A stretch of DNA of 64,000 nt from Phoronis australis (taxonomy: Eukaryota > Animalia > Phoronida): the NCBI GenBank assembly GCA_002633005.1, contig NMRA01000499.1, positions 62,001 to 126,000 of the forward strand, in the 5' to 3' direction. Shown here one piece after another: positions 50,101 to 59,225 of the stretch (the stretch's first letter is position 1; the number at the start of each line of letters is the position of its first letter). Both the position numbers and the translations under genes were made by a program. The notes below the pieces were generated by a model, which saw only the letters and a program-made list of their open reading frames with translations, was not told the DNA's origin and made no database searches.

Positions 50101-53100
50101 GATGTGCCTCCTAGTGGCAATTTTATTTTTCACGTTTGCCTTAAAAGGTTTTTATGAAATCGACAAATGGGTTTATATTAAGAAGACGATGCCTTTTTAT
50201 TTGTGTACGGATTCTACGTAATCTGCACCAGCTATCAGCCATTGTTATGTATGATACTTACCCTTAGAAGCCTACGTTTGCGATTCAGTCGCGGCCGCAT
50301 TTCAACGATTTGCCTTTTATCATAGTGAGGATACATGTAGGTTTGAGACGTCGACGTCATTTCATGTAGCGAGTAACGAGGAAACGTCCCTTGATTAAGT
50401 CTGTTCAAAAGAATATTTATCCATAAATTAGCTTACCCCTGTATGTTTTTGAGCGATGAGGTGATCACTTCCGCGATGCTGCGAGCGCCTTCGGCGATTC
50501 TCAGTTATCATTGAATCTGACATCATTTTGGAATTGCTAAGAATGTTGTATAATGTTTACGAGGGTTTGTGTTAAGGTAAATGGCTTGTTCTGAATAATT
50601 TTGCATTACTTTTTACGATGTGGTGGCGCTGACTGCTGCTCGATTGAAAATAGAATATTTCTGGGAATATACGAAAGGATTGCAAGAGACGAGAGCAAAG
50701 AAATTGTGCTACCATGATCAAACATTTGGCACGGCTCTGATCTCCGAGTTCGAAGACACGTGCTCTGTTGCTTACATTGCTATGTGAAGCTGCGTTATTC
50801 TGTGGCTCCTCCGCAAATTTTAAAAGTGTTATTTTTGTGGTCGCGAAGTTTACGTCGAACTTCGATGGTCACGCCAAGTGATGGACACCCAAATTGAGAA
50901 AGCAGTTGAAAGGACTCAGGTCTGGCGAGGGGCAGAGTCAGGAAATGGTGTTTTGATGTTTCCATAGCTGCGTGGCTTCTTCCGCCATCTTGCTGCATTC
51001 ACATGTGCCTAGGATCAACTTTATTGAATGAACTATTAAGCATGTTATTGTAATGCTCAATTTTAAATGTGTTACGTAATTTTAAAACGTCCTTTATATC
51101 ATTTCAGGGCCAGTTTGGACAAGAAAAGTGGAGAACTGTATGACGGTCTTGAACTTTTACAAAAACAACTCTGGCAATCCATTTGGTAATCTAGACAGGT
51201 TGAGCGTTTACAACATGGCCAGCGAATCAGCCATCAAGAGTGCCAGCACGTTTGCCTGTGACGACAGAAAATACTTGTGTGTGGAAAAAACGGAGCTGTT
51301 TGGCATTTTCGGTAAGCTTGCATTCTTAAGCAAGGCTTTGTAGTGCGGCGAGGTATTAGTGTAAGGTAAAGCAAACGTTGCTGCCGAAAGCATAGAAATA
51401 TCTAGAGGAAACGCACCAATTCACAATTGTCGCCCCACCTTCCGGAACCTTGCAGTTATTCATTTAGGCTCTGCAGTGAGCCTTCACTTCATTACTGTCA
51501 TAATATAGGTATATCAAACCCAAAAGCTTGAGAAAAGTCGTAAATGATCCAAACCATCAAGTGTAGATAATTTGCTTTTTTAACAACAAGCAGGTGAAGC
51601 CAAAAGTTTTACCATACGTCTATCCACGCTGATCTGTATATTACAGCGAACCAGTTCACCAGAATGTAATTTGGCAATCTCTATGTTTGAGAGTTGTTTC
51701 ACCAATCTTTTATGGAATACTTTAATTTGATTTAAGTTAAGAACCGTCCTAATTTCAGACCAATATAACTACAAAGGTACCGCTATCTATTGACACGACG
51801 TGTCACTTTGGAGATTTAACGGTAGTTTTAATGTTACTTTTACCGCTAGAGCAAACTTAGCTCTTTCAGTCTGCTGTAATTGCTTTGGTGTGTTTTTTTC
51901 AAAAGGATCATTGTAGTTAAAGGTGATGATCACATAAATATTCTCCGAAACAGAATCCTTTTTGTTGATATCTACCATGTAGAAGTCTGGCGATGAACGA
52001 ATTTCACTACACCAGAAAACCACAATGACTTTCCGTTTCAAAGTATTCGCAGTAGGAAACCGTGTTTTGGAGTAATTAAGCACCGAATTTAAAGCTTATT
52101 GCAGATGACTGGGTGATTCAGGAAGAACAAAAGTATCGTTTGCATATTAAAGCACATGCAATTTGACATGCAATTCCACGTGCAAATTACTTACATAATA
52201 TCTGAGGTCACTGGACATCGTTTTTAAACCATGGCATGCCTGCAAACAAAAAACTGAAATCGGTGAGGCACATGTACCGTACCGTGGCAAAGAGTAATGG
52301 AAAACGACGATCCTCGGTTGTTCCCCCTGACGTCACAATGTCACTGACAAACTGCTCTGACAAAGAACCATGACCATGACGTTTGACAAGATTGAACATA
52401 AATATCGTAGACTATGATTCAAAATGTTGTCATCTGTGCCCAATGAAATAAATTTCACTCGGATAAAGAGTCAATCAACTAAATGAAGCATTTTTATAAT
52501 CTATTAATAAAGCATATACATGTTTTTTATTTCTCTTACAGAGATAATTTTTATTGAGGAGTCTTTCAGAGACCACCCAACTGGCTCAATCATTGCCAAG
52601 GATAACCATTCAGTATGTGGACCGGTTACGTATTTAGGCCACGCTGAAAATAAGCTTTAGCAAAAAATAGTACAGTACAAATTACCTTAGAGGAAAAATC
52701 AATGTTAGTGTGGTATTTACAACTTATAAAGACAGTGTGGTGTGGTTAGGTACTGAGCTACAGACTCTCATTGGGGTAACTGGGTTCAAAGGCTGGCTTT
52801 ACTAGCAAACAACAGTGCCTCCTATACCTGTGTGCTAGTTCTTGGATGGGAATGGATGCAAGATCAGTGGGGCTGTCTGGTGTGTTGCACGCTCATTTCA
52901 TAAGTAACACATGCCCTACGATTCTTATGCAAATTAGCGAAAGGCAGTGTGGCCTTGTGGGATAAATGTCCGCTTCTTTTACTCAAGGTCGTGGGTTCGA
53001 GTCCTACTGGTGCACACTGCTAGACCCTTAAGGCAGGTCTTTGACTCCTCAGCTCGGTAATAAAATATAAAAATGGTTCCAGGTGATCAGTGCAATCGGC

Positions 53101-54908
53101 CTACAAGAGCGGCCTGCGCACGTCTGGTACAACGTGTACCAGACCGCCTGCAGTTATATGCTAATTAACTCCTCACCACATTTCAGCTCCAAGTATCCGT
53201 GCGCGTTACAAGCCAGACAAGGATAGGAGTATTGAAGTTGAACTGTTCGGTGAGAAAAACCCGTCTCCACTTCTAGATATGATCCAACAGATGTTAGTCA
53301 TGCATGCTAAAGGAAATGTGACTGTGTTTATTGACAGTTACGGAGATCTGGGGCTCATGAAGAAACTTTTGAAGGTAAGTTGAGGCTACAAGTCGTCACA
53401 TCTAGTACTTTTTAGCAAAATTTTTGAATGGTTATCAGATAAGATAAAACAAGAAGTACAAAATACGGTGTTGCCGGTAATGTGTATTAAAATGTCCATA
53501 CGCTCAGAAACCAATACGAGCTTGCCTGTTGCTAACCCATACACTTTAGACTCGCTCACGCGTGACTAGTGTACGCTTGTAATTAAACAAATATCGATAT
53601 TCACACATGGTCAAATGTTGGTATTTAGAACCCAAAAATGGCAGGACCGTGGCGGATCCGAGTTCATTATTGCCTCGTTTTCTTCGTGTATGGATGGCGC
53701 AGGTTGTTACCGACTGGTGTTAAAAGCTTTCGGTGCGACGATAGACTGACTGAAGATTGGTGCGAGTTGATCACTTTATTAATTTCGACCGTACGTTCAC
53801 CTGAAGTCTACTCAAGCAAAACGTCCGACATAATGCCTGTTCTATGCTCCAGCAAGTGCTGCGAAGCCTTGGCTTGTGATGAACTTTTGAGATCCTTCCA
53901 GCAACTGTTACACGCGTTGATTCAATAAGCTGATGGCTCTGGCTCTCTGTTGACTAACACTGTCACAGCTGGTTCTCTTCATTGCATCTCAAATATAACT
54001 TCAACCAATCAGCTATACCAGGTATAGCTCATTGCTTCAACTGACTTCAACTGAACTTCAACACCAACTGTATTCAACTTGATCTCAACTTCAACTCTAC
54101 CTCAGCTAACCCATGCCTGGTTATTTATTGTCTCTTACAATGTTCTGGAACTTTTCACCAACTCAACGACATTCTAGAACTTTCCGGAATCTACCCAATC
54201 CCTCTTTAGTCTAATCCTGACAATTTTTTAGTCTGAATCGGGAACGTTAATAATTGTATGATCACGTAATTTGCTTGTAATGTGATATCTCGCGAAGCAT
54301 TGCGTGGTCTTGAGTTTTGTTTTCGCGAGATTCTTGCATCTACAGAACGCGCGCCTGAGCTCTAGTGGGTAACTGAGTGAATGTTCCATTAATTCGATTG
54401 GGCAGGTATTCAGGTATTAAATGACGAATTGTTGGCAGTTTTTAGATTCAAAATGTAGAATACGAATTGACGTTATTACAGGGTTTTCTTTCAGGCAGAA
54501 TGAATGTTCCACTGCAGCTTAGTGCTTTGTAAGAAATAAAATACCAACGGCACAAAAGTATAAAAATTTTCATTTCAGATTATGATGGCCTACAATAAAG
54601 ATATCGATTTGATCAAGATCTACTTTTCTCCATTGCTGGCTAAGACGAAGTCGGTAAAGAAAAAGTCATACGAGATCAAAGAAAACATGATCATGAGCTC
54701 CCTTATACGCTCTGCTGACATATTTGCTGGTACTGTTTGTCCTAAAAAAGCTCGACCCGCCCTCACCCCGTACGAAATGGGAGACCCGAAAGAGCTGGAG
54801 GAGAACAAATCTAAAAAGCTTATCGCGCAAGAGGCGAAGGATTTGCAGCAACGATTAGCTATTCTGAATTGGGAAATGGAGTGGGTTAATAAAAGATTGA
54901 GTGTCTGA
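17002..54908 (+). CDS. Paralogue B, complete 21-exon gene (about 1517 aa): secreted protein with signal peptide, furin-cleavable pro-region, beta-rich region, 2x Hedgehog-N-like domains, peptidase M15-like domain and a C-terminal CD38-like(?) domain
   Basis: Hand-spliced exons: 17002-17196, 18775-19022, 19575-19958, 23211-23256, 23773-24031, 24770-24900, 25791-25894, 27091-27228, 29489-29695, 31819-32039, 32233-32565, 34102-34261, 36726-36899, 37226-37360, 37893-38487, 42841-43042, 45654-45750, 49312-49514, 51108-51311, 53187-53374, 54579-54908. Sum is 4554 nt, every intron phase is compatible and there is no internal stop. Exons 1-4 and 21 are supported by the paralogues in the window. Confidence 0.85.
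17394..17683. mobile_element. PIF/Harbinger-like MITE with internal aaacttaagacaa repeats
   Basis: Termini agggcccgctccaa ... ttggaaagggcccc, with repeated subterminal motifs in both orientations. Confidence 0.55.
18775..19022 (+). CDS. B exon 2 (pro-region)
   Basis: tttcag|GAT...GCC GG|gtaagt; DIKCVRNGIRVYMDPE...TVPAG, homologous to C exon 2. Confidence 0.9.
19575..19958 (+). CDS. B exon 3, containing furin site RVRR (19672-19683)
   Basis: ttttag|A TTC...TCC AC|gtgagt; FSDNFEDLEY...HRHRVRRSVMTND...WWDLYCKECYA, homologous to 62886-63266. Confidence 0.9.
20148..21375 (+). mobile_element. Decayed copy of the same HINE-like family (intron 3 of B)
   Basis: Similar 5' end and tctgtccgagcgtccggcg, with repeated cctagtgg modules; 3' end truncated. 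Boundaries approximate. Confidence 0.6.
23211..23256 (+). CDS. B exon 4 (46-nt small exon)
   Basis: ttttag|G AAG...GAG|gtaaga; KLVIKKQDIKEFKVE. A 46-nt homologue sits at 63719-63764. Confidence 0.88.
23773..24031 (+). CDS. B exon 5 (beta-rich region)
   Basis: tttag|ATA AAT...ATG A|gtaagt; open frame with alternating hydrophobic pattern; phases fit. Confidence 0.82.
24770..24900 (+). CDS. B exon 6
   Basis: ttttcag|CT TTC...ACT AAG|gtaagg; phase 1 to 0 fits neighbouring exons. Confidence 0.78.
25791..25894 (+). CDS. B exon 7
   Basis: tttcaacag|TTA GAC...GTT GG|gtaagt; LDLDFTISWADQ... Confidence 0.8.
27091..27228 (+). CDS. B exon 8 (frame absent from the ORF track)
   Basis: cttcag|A TTA TCC CAG...TTC TG|gtaaga; LSQKVDFSTYIYGYGTVCMRP...KVLGKIF; phase 2/2. 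Confidence 0.78.
27664..28895 (+). mobile_element. Near full-length HINE-like element (intron 8 of B)
   Basis: Starts ttttatggcccacatatttatatgtgggtgcatattgcc and ends tttcaactctccgcgttgctcttgt, matching both ends of the 459-3241 family. Confidence 0.72.
29489..29695 (+). CDS. B exon 9: start of Hedgehog-N-like domain 1
   Basis: tcccacag|G TGG...GTC AC|gtaagt; EQACGKIIFAVERGFDEFV aligns to Hh GASGRYEGKITRNSERFK. Confidence 0.85.
31819..32039 (+). CDS. B exon 10: Hedgehog-N-like domain 1 with Cys insert
   Basis: atttcag|A AAA...AAT C|gtacgt; ILFKNEE...CADRHMS matches Hh IIFKDEE...ADRLMT. Confidence 0.88.
32233..32565 (+). CDS. B exon 11: core of Hedgehog-N-like domain 1
   Basis: KLMVINAFDE...SIHTEGRGAQI...LGQMAVMAEFDYV...YVHVGVK matches Hh [10 protein letters not shown]...SLHYEGRAVDI...LARLAVEAGFDWV...HIHCSVK. 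Confidence 0.9.
33588..33865. mobile_element. MITE with GGGGTCTGT TIRs (Harbinger-like)
   Basis: ggggtctgtttcatgaaaagtga ... tcacctttcataagacagacccc. Confidence 0.65.
34102..34261 (+). CDS. B exon 12: start of Hedgehog-N-like domain 2; followed by a GC donor
   Basis: ctttcag|CG TAC...AAA GG|gcaagt; ACGKITLPITRSNKQQFK repeats the exon 9 motif. Confidence 0.82.
35782..35960. repeat. Palindrome of about 180 bp (hairpin MITE)
   Basis: tctagagcccgagtggattttggagaattat ... ataattctccaaaatccactcgggctctaga, extending out to atagattattacatg / catgtaataatctat. Confidence 0.85.
36726..36899 (+). CDS. B exon 13: Hedgehog-N-like domain 2 with Cys insert (absent from the ORF track)
   Basis: tcttcag|C TTA TAC...TTC AG|gttgaa; DVFFTNPKRNDEWCGMQGRRCIDCR...CRDRVMTR. 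Confidence 0.87.
37226..37360 (+). CDS. B exon 14: Hedgehog-N-like domain 2 (absent from the ORF track)
   Basis: ttttag|A CTG...GGA CA|gtaagt; LRRLAKLVDEMWEGANKLVVERAWFEP...HHLTG matches Hh [25 protein letters not shown]...HYEG. Confidence 0.88.
37893..38487 (+). CDS. B exon 15: end of Hedgehog-N-like domain 2, acidic linker and start of peptidase M15-like domain
   Basis: LGHLAQCAGFDFV...HLRVCVK, followed by FLRIDENLVECV...ILVTDGYR...N...RHQSGQAV (M15A-type S/DGYR and HxxGxA motifs); AAG|gttagt donor. Confidence 0.9.
39168..39578 (+). repeat. Dispersed repeat ending in a hairpin of about 160 bp; second copy at about 58206-58635
   Basis: Both copies share tgaatggttcagtg, aaactgaaaattcttat and tatcctatctcgaattcatttcatctgggaatg. 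Hairpin spans about 39415-39578. Confidence 0.75.
40020..41215 (-). mobile_element. 5'-truncated, decayed RLE-type non-LTR retrotransposon (HERO-like), antisense in intron 15 of B
   Basis: Frameshifted peptides WKAAEAVDETESRLRHKGIVG...GRQGLG; YDTLPTPVNLRIW...CRGC...TLERVLSNCKEAL...HDKIL (degenerate CCHC knuckle); LDIVMWS...LTESTVSWE (PD..D/E endonuclease); AAEEATMWLWL. Confidence 0.8.
42841..43042 (+). CDS. B exon 16: end of M15-like domain
   Basis: atttccag|GGC GTC...CAA G|gtaaaa; LGIGVHEDELYFDFRP resembles the M15 GIGxYxxFVHxDxR motif. Confidence 0.85.
43381..44658. repeat. Three-copy 410-bp tandem repeat: a 43-bp minisatellite plus an embedded MITE
   Basis: Identical MITE copies at 43470-43705, 43880-44115 and 44290-44525 (tatgt|cagtggcagatct...agatccgcctctg|tatgt), separated by gtagtgtttgtgccctgcaactactcggtcatcttcgtgtgtt units. 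Confidence 0.92.
44761..45091. repeat. 30-bp minisatellite, about 11 copies
   Basis: Unit tcggaacctaggtcttcttaccgtgatcta. Confidence 0.95.
45654..45750 (+). CDS. B exon 17 (partial second copy at 47603-47669)
   Basis: gtttcag|GT GGA CCT...GGG TT|gtaagt; phase 1 to 2 fits. Confidence 0.8.
45684..49499. other. Direct duplication of about 1.9 kb across N47602; probable uncollapsed haplotype overlap
   Basis: 45684-47601 matches 47603-49499; both copies break mid-exon exactly at the N. Confidence 0.85.
46778..47022. repeat. 35-bp minisatellite, 7 copies (6 copies at 48711-48920)
   Basis: Unit caggtaaacagaccatgcgtcttggcggcaggatg. Confidence 0.93.
49312..49514 (+). CDS. B exon 18 (truncated duplicate at 47414-47601)
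   Basis: actttcag|T TTG GCC...GAA G|gtggga; LADRDCEK...ACLVDNCNECIE. Confidence 0.83.
49780..50315 (+). mobile_element. 3' fragment of the same HINE-like family
   Basis: cctagtggcaattttatttttcacgtttgcc module and the terminal gcgattcagtcgcggccgcatttcaacg motif. Boundaries approximate. Confidence 0.55.
51108..51311 (+). CDS. B exon 19
   Basis: atttcag|GG CCA...TTC G|gtaagc; ...RLSVYNMASESAIKSASTFACDDRKYLCVEKTELFGIF. Confidence 0.85.
52943..53015 (+). mobile_element. tRNA-derived SINE head or tRNA-like pseudo-element
   Basis: A-box tggccttgtgg and B-box ggttcgagtcc at tRNA-like spacing, but poor acceptor and anticodon stems. Confidence 0.55.
53187..53374 (+). CDS. B exon 20 (absent from the ORF track)
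   Basis: atttcag|CT CCA...TTG AAG|gtaagt; PSIRARYKPDK...KNPSPLLDMIQQMLVMHAKGNVTVFIDSYGDLGLMKKLLK. Confidence 0.85.
53961..54221. mobile_element. Possible solo LTR remnant
   Basis: TGTCA...TGACA inverted termini. Its right half (ttctggaacttttcaccaa...ttctagaa...cctgac) recurs at about 56640-56743. Confidence 0.4.
54579..54908 (+). CDS. B exon 21 (terminal)
   Basis: catttcag|ATT ATG ATG...GTC TGA; homologous to 3447-3779. Confidence 0.9.
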   Translation: [109 protein letters not shown]

Positions 54909-55520
54909 TTTTGTTCAGCCGCTGGTCTAAATCCTCAATAATATGGTATTGATTACTTTCTCTATACTATTTATCTCATGTTCACTAAAACTAGTTTTTA
55001 CTTTGCCTTGCTTTAACTGCGGTTTAGACGGTAACGCGCACAACTTTGGAAGCTACAATATGTTTTGAGCGTTACTCAGACCACACCAATGCTGTAAATT
55101 TCCAAATGTAATGAAAGACTATGTTTATTTACTTATTCGTCTACGTCATGGCGAGAAAGATTATAATGTGTCTGTTGTAATCACTTTTGGCCTATTCACT
55201 GCCTGCACACTTCGCTGGAGTTACAAAAATGGTTGTTTAGTACACAATGCCTCGTTCTAGCATCAATTTTTACAACGCAAACGTGAAAGCGCGTGTGTTG
55301 CAAACATGCAGAACCAAGCATAACGACGAATTCGTGCAAGTAGTGAAATGTTTTTTCTGTGTTGTCACGGTAACGCGATATGGCACTAAGCGCCTACATC
55401 ACTAATCATTTGACAAGCCTAAGTTTGAGTGAATGATTATGTAACTAAATCATTAATGGGATTATCTACCCAGCCCAATGCATTTAAAATAAGAAAAAAT
55501 TCGTTTGAGGATGACTTTGA

Positions 55521-56292
55521 AGAGCCATCGAACGCGAAAGCTTGTCAATGATGTATTCCAAACAATTCCTGACGAAAGTACCATCTCGCAACTTCTACTA
55601 CACAGTTATTCACTTTCTCCTGTGAGAGAATTTGAAGAAAAAAATCAGAAAATTATCGATTTTTCATATACGCCCCAAGAAAAAACTCTGTAGTCACAAC
55701 AGAGTTTCAAATCTCCTTCCCACCTATGATAAATGAGCGCATGCGCTCACAGTCATTCGACAAACAGCTGATTGGCGAGATGGATATTTTAACGGCAGAT
55801 TATCTTGCGTGATCGCACTCCGAATCTGAGGTCGACAGCACAGTATGAGGCAAGCCGGAGAAGCAAGCGATTTCCCAAAAAGAATTCCAATTGCATTTTA
55901 GAGTATATTTGAATGTTACAACTAATTTTAATCACTTCCTTACGACTTACATCAATTGCCTCTTAATTGGACTGAGGTCGCCATCGTTTCCTTACATCAA
56001 AGGTCACATGTCACACTTTCCATGTATGGGAAATGTGCTACTTCTATGTCTCGCCATACCAAATGAGGCGACGTGCTTTGCCTGGTGGGAGAGAAATCGA
56101 CGAAGTGACGAGCAGTTGACAGATCATTTTTTGAAATTCGAAACTGAAAGAAAAATAATTTGACATCAACAGAAATTCAAAACTTTTACGAACGAACCGT
56201 CAAAATACCAGCTGAATAGGTTGTATTCTATTTCAGTGGCAGAGAACCACTTTGAATTATGCAAATTAGTCTGTTTTTCGAGTTCCAATCCT
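55521..56292. mobile_element. Diverged copy of the TTAA-flanked element family
   Basis: About 55990-56296 aligns with 9535-9840 (gggaaatgtgctactt, gacgtgctttgcc, tttcagtggcagagaacca) and ends cctc|ttaa. Confidence 0.65.
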
Positions 56293-58205
56293 CTTAAAAA
56301 AACGACTGTTACTTTTGTAAGGTGAAACTCTCAGTTTCTTAATAAAGGTTTTAGCAATATTTAAAGTCTCAAAATGTGTTACAAGTTTGTGTTCACCTAC
56401 ATGACCAGTACCGAAGTTATTTAAGTTGTCGCAAATTTTGTGCATACTTGTGTTAAATATTTTGATTGATACTATTTTATTATAAGTGAAAGTGTCTTTT
56501 GGTGGGTCTATGTTATATTCGTAAATAAATAAATAAAGCAAGTGTGTGCCAACGTTGATTTTCTGTATGTTACATTTGTAACTGTGTTTCCGTTTTCAGG
56601 CACTGTTGACTCGGCTGACTATAACTGACTCGCATTATCTCGTATTTATTACCTGTTGCCATCTTCTGGAACTTTTCACCAATTAAATCACACTTTCTAG
56701 AAATTTTTGTAATATATCCAAACATTTCATAAATGTTCCTGACCATTGTTATATATCATCCACTGGAACTGTCCAAAATGTTTCCGAGTATTCTGTTGTA
56801 AACATAATCACTGTCCTGGCATCACATTGGTTGGCTTTAGTCACGTGATAACTGTTTGTAAAAAGGTAGAACAAGCAAGTAAAACGTAATTAATTGCAAC
56901 CATTCTCAGTTTACACCCTGCCAATCCACCCCTACCAGAGAAAATTGCTCTACAATTTTCGAGTTTCGTATATTCATCTGACATGTATATTGTCTTCTGT
57001 TACATGTTTGCATTTCTCTGGGATGCTCCATTGTACTGCTGTTAGTCGTCTCAAGTAGCATGCGCCGACGTGGACTACTCTTGCCGGAAACTTACATAGT
57101 TTTTTCTCAAAATCTTCCTCGACTTCACTTAGAGTTGGATTCGCAGTGGATGGAAGAACATGGCCTTTATGTCAGTGACATTCGTTCGACTTGGACTACT
57201 TGAACGAAACAACCGCTAGCCGCCAGGTATCGGAGCTCACCTAAGTAAGATTATCTTGTGTTCTTGGCACCACGATGGGGATGCATCACAAATTTCTTTT
57301 CAAATGAAGACAAACAACGACCCTATAGCGATCGCTCACAGAATTGTTGCAGCGTTTGAGTTGCCTATGTGTGAGTTTTGGACAGTTTTGGAACTTGGCT
57401 TGGTGTCAAACCCAAATGGATTCAGGTTATAAATGAACAAGTCACGTGGGACCATGTCAAAGTCAGAGATTAAATCAAGGAAAATAGACATGTAATTGTA
57501 GTTTTCCCATACATGTCTAAATACGGGCTTTCAATAACCTATGGCCTCTACCGTGAAATACAAGAAAGTAGAATCAGTCTGTACACAATGGAAGAGGCCG
57601 TATTTCAGTTTGGTGTGCAGTCTCCTGACGAAGTAAATTGGCGTGTACAATGTTATATTTAAGTGGGCTCGTTCATTTGGGTTTCCTAAAACATTGATCT
57701 AAGGCGCTGTTCCTAAAAACAGCAAAGATTTTTAGCGATGAAAATTCCGACGCACGGTGATCAGACGGCTATTTTTAGGCCTCGCTAGCTTCAATCTGGG
57801 TCATCACTAATAGGTCAGTAGCCGGCGTCCTCAACAAAATCAGCCAAAAATCTCATTCTAATCAAAAGAAAACGTTTTGATATGGATGCATGAAGCATAT
57901 CTACACCGACAACTAAGATGTTTATAGGAAATTGCAACTCATTGTGTTTTTTAATGACACAATCGTCTGGCCGCAGCGTTCCTTGACTCTTGCCGTTGGC
58001 GGAAAACCTGCTTTTTACGATATTGTCCTTACCTCAAGTTCTGCGAATCAGCACAGTTTCCATTGTTATTTTCCAGCGCTGTGATCAACATGGGGAAATA
58101 ATTCAGTAACTATTTAATAGACCACAAGACAACTAAAAAATTAAACGAAGCTAAAACGACACACTGCGGCACATCTGTTCAGTTAATGTTCGAATCCATT
58201 TTTAT

Positions 58206-58635
58206 ATTTCCGGATGGATTATTTCTAATTTTTCGAAGAACTCTTAATATCATTGAATGGTTCAGTGTTTTAACTTGTGTATTTTACAAACTGAAAATTC
58301 TTATAAATTTATTATGAAATAAAACTTTACTAGTAATTCAATACTTGCACAGATAATCCTGATGCTTAACGGGCGCTTGCGTGCTTAGCGTATTTTTGAC
58401 GTCAAATAACAAGCCAAAGCACACTGTAAAAAGATATCGCCGCGACGCAAATAAGTTCAAATATATAGGATAAACTGGCTATCCAACATACATAGGAATA
58501 CTATTGCGGTATCCTATCTCGAATTCATTTCATCTGGGAATGCCTCAACTCGACCTTCTCGTTGGGGCATTCCGAGATGAAATGAAGTCGAGATAGGATA
58601 TGACAGTTGTATTCATATTTATATGGAATAACCGG
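58206..58635 (+). repeat. Second copy of the hairpin-terminated dispersed repeat, about 0.6 kb upstream of the C start codon
   Basis: Aligns with 39168-39578; hairpin tatcctatctcgaattcatttcatctgggaatgcc ... ggcattccgagatgaaatgaagtcgagataggata. Confidence 0.75.
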
Positions 58636-59225
58636 TAATCGTCTGAATAACGAGCATCAAGCTGGTTCATAAAATACGGGCACGTGATATCAAATTATTG
58701 CCGGAAAGGTAATGGTCTGCCGGATAAGCTATATGAATGTCATGGATTATATCAGTAAGCTAGGAGTTGGTACCTTCTACGAGTAGATATCCAAACTGAG
58801 GTGAATGCATAAGATAACGTGATTTTAATTATTCAAGAACTTTAGGTGGTATAACCTTTTCTGCATTTTCGGACAAGGTGTTGAGGACTGTGAAGAATAT
58901 TCATGTGTCCTTCAGAAAATATTTACCATCACTGCCCAACAAAAAGGCGACGTTAAGCAAATCAAGAAGAAGAATAGACCTTGCGGAGTCACGTGGCGTC
59001 TTCTGTATTGACCGAGAGTAAATACAGAGATTGTCGAGCGCACGAAAAACAAACACAGTGTTCGGTTATCCATACAATAGATCGCGTTTCAGAAGAAGTT
59101 TTCATCGTCTTGGCTTGGTTATACATTGGAACAGACTGACGGCAGCCAGGTCGCCGATTTGGCGTTATTGGTGTTGTCAGATCGTCAAGAAAATTATCAA
59201 AGAGCTGTGATAGAAAGTTGTTAAG

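Noticed and set aside
52542-52612. Candidate extra exon (tacag|AG ATA ATT...TCA|gtatgt)
   Set aside because: It enters in phase 1, but available donors give phase 0 or 2. Exon 19 already joins exon 20 in frame.
52943-53015. Functional tRNA gene (also tRNA-like stretches near 52735 and 35215-35292 minus)
   Set aside because: A/B boxes are present but the cloverleaf stems are poor, which is more consistent with SINE heads.
58985-59000. GTCACGTGG E-box upstream of C
   Set aside because: It is a single short motif with no matching site seen at the equivalent position of B, and the TSS is unknown.
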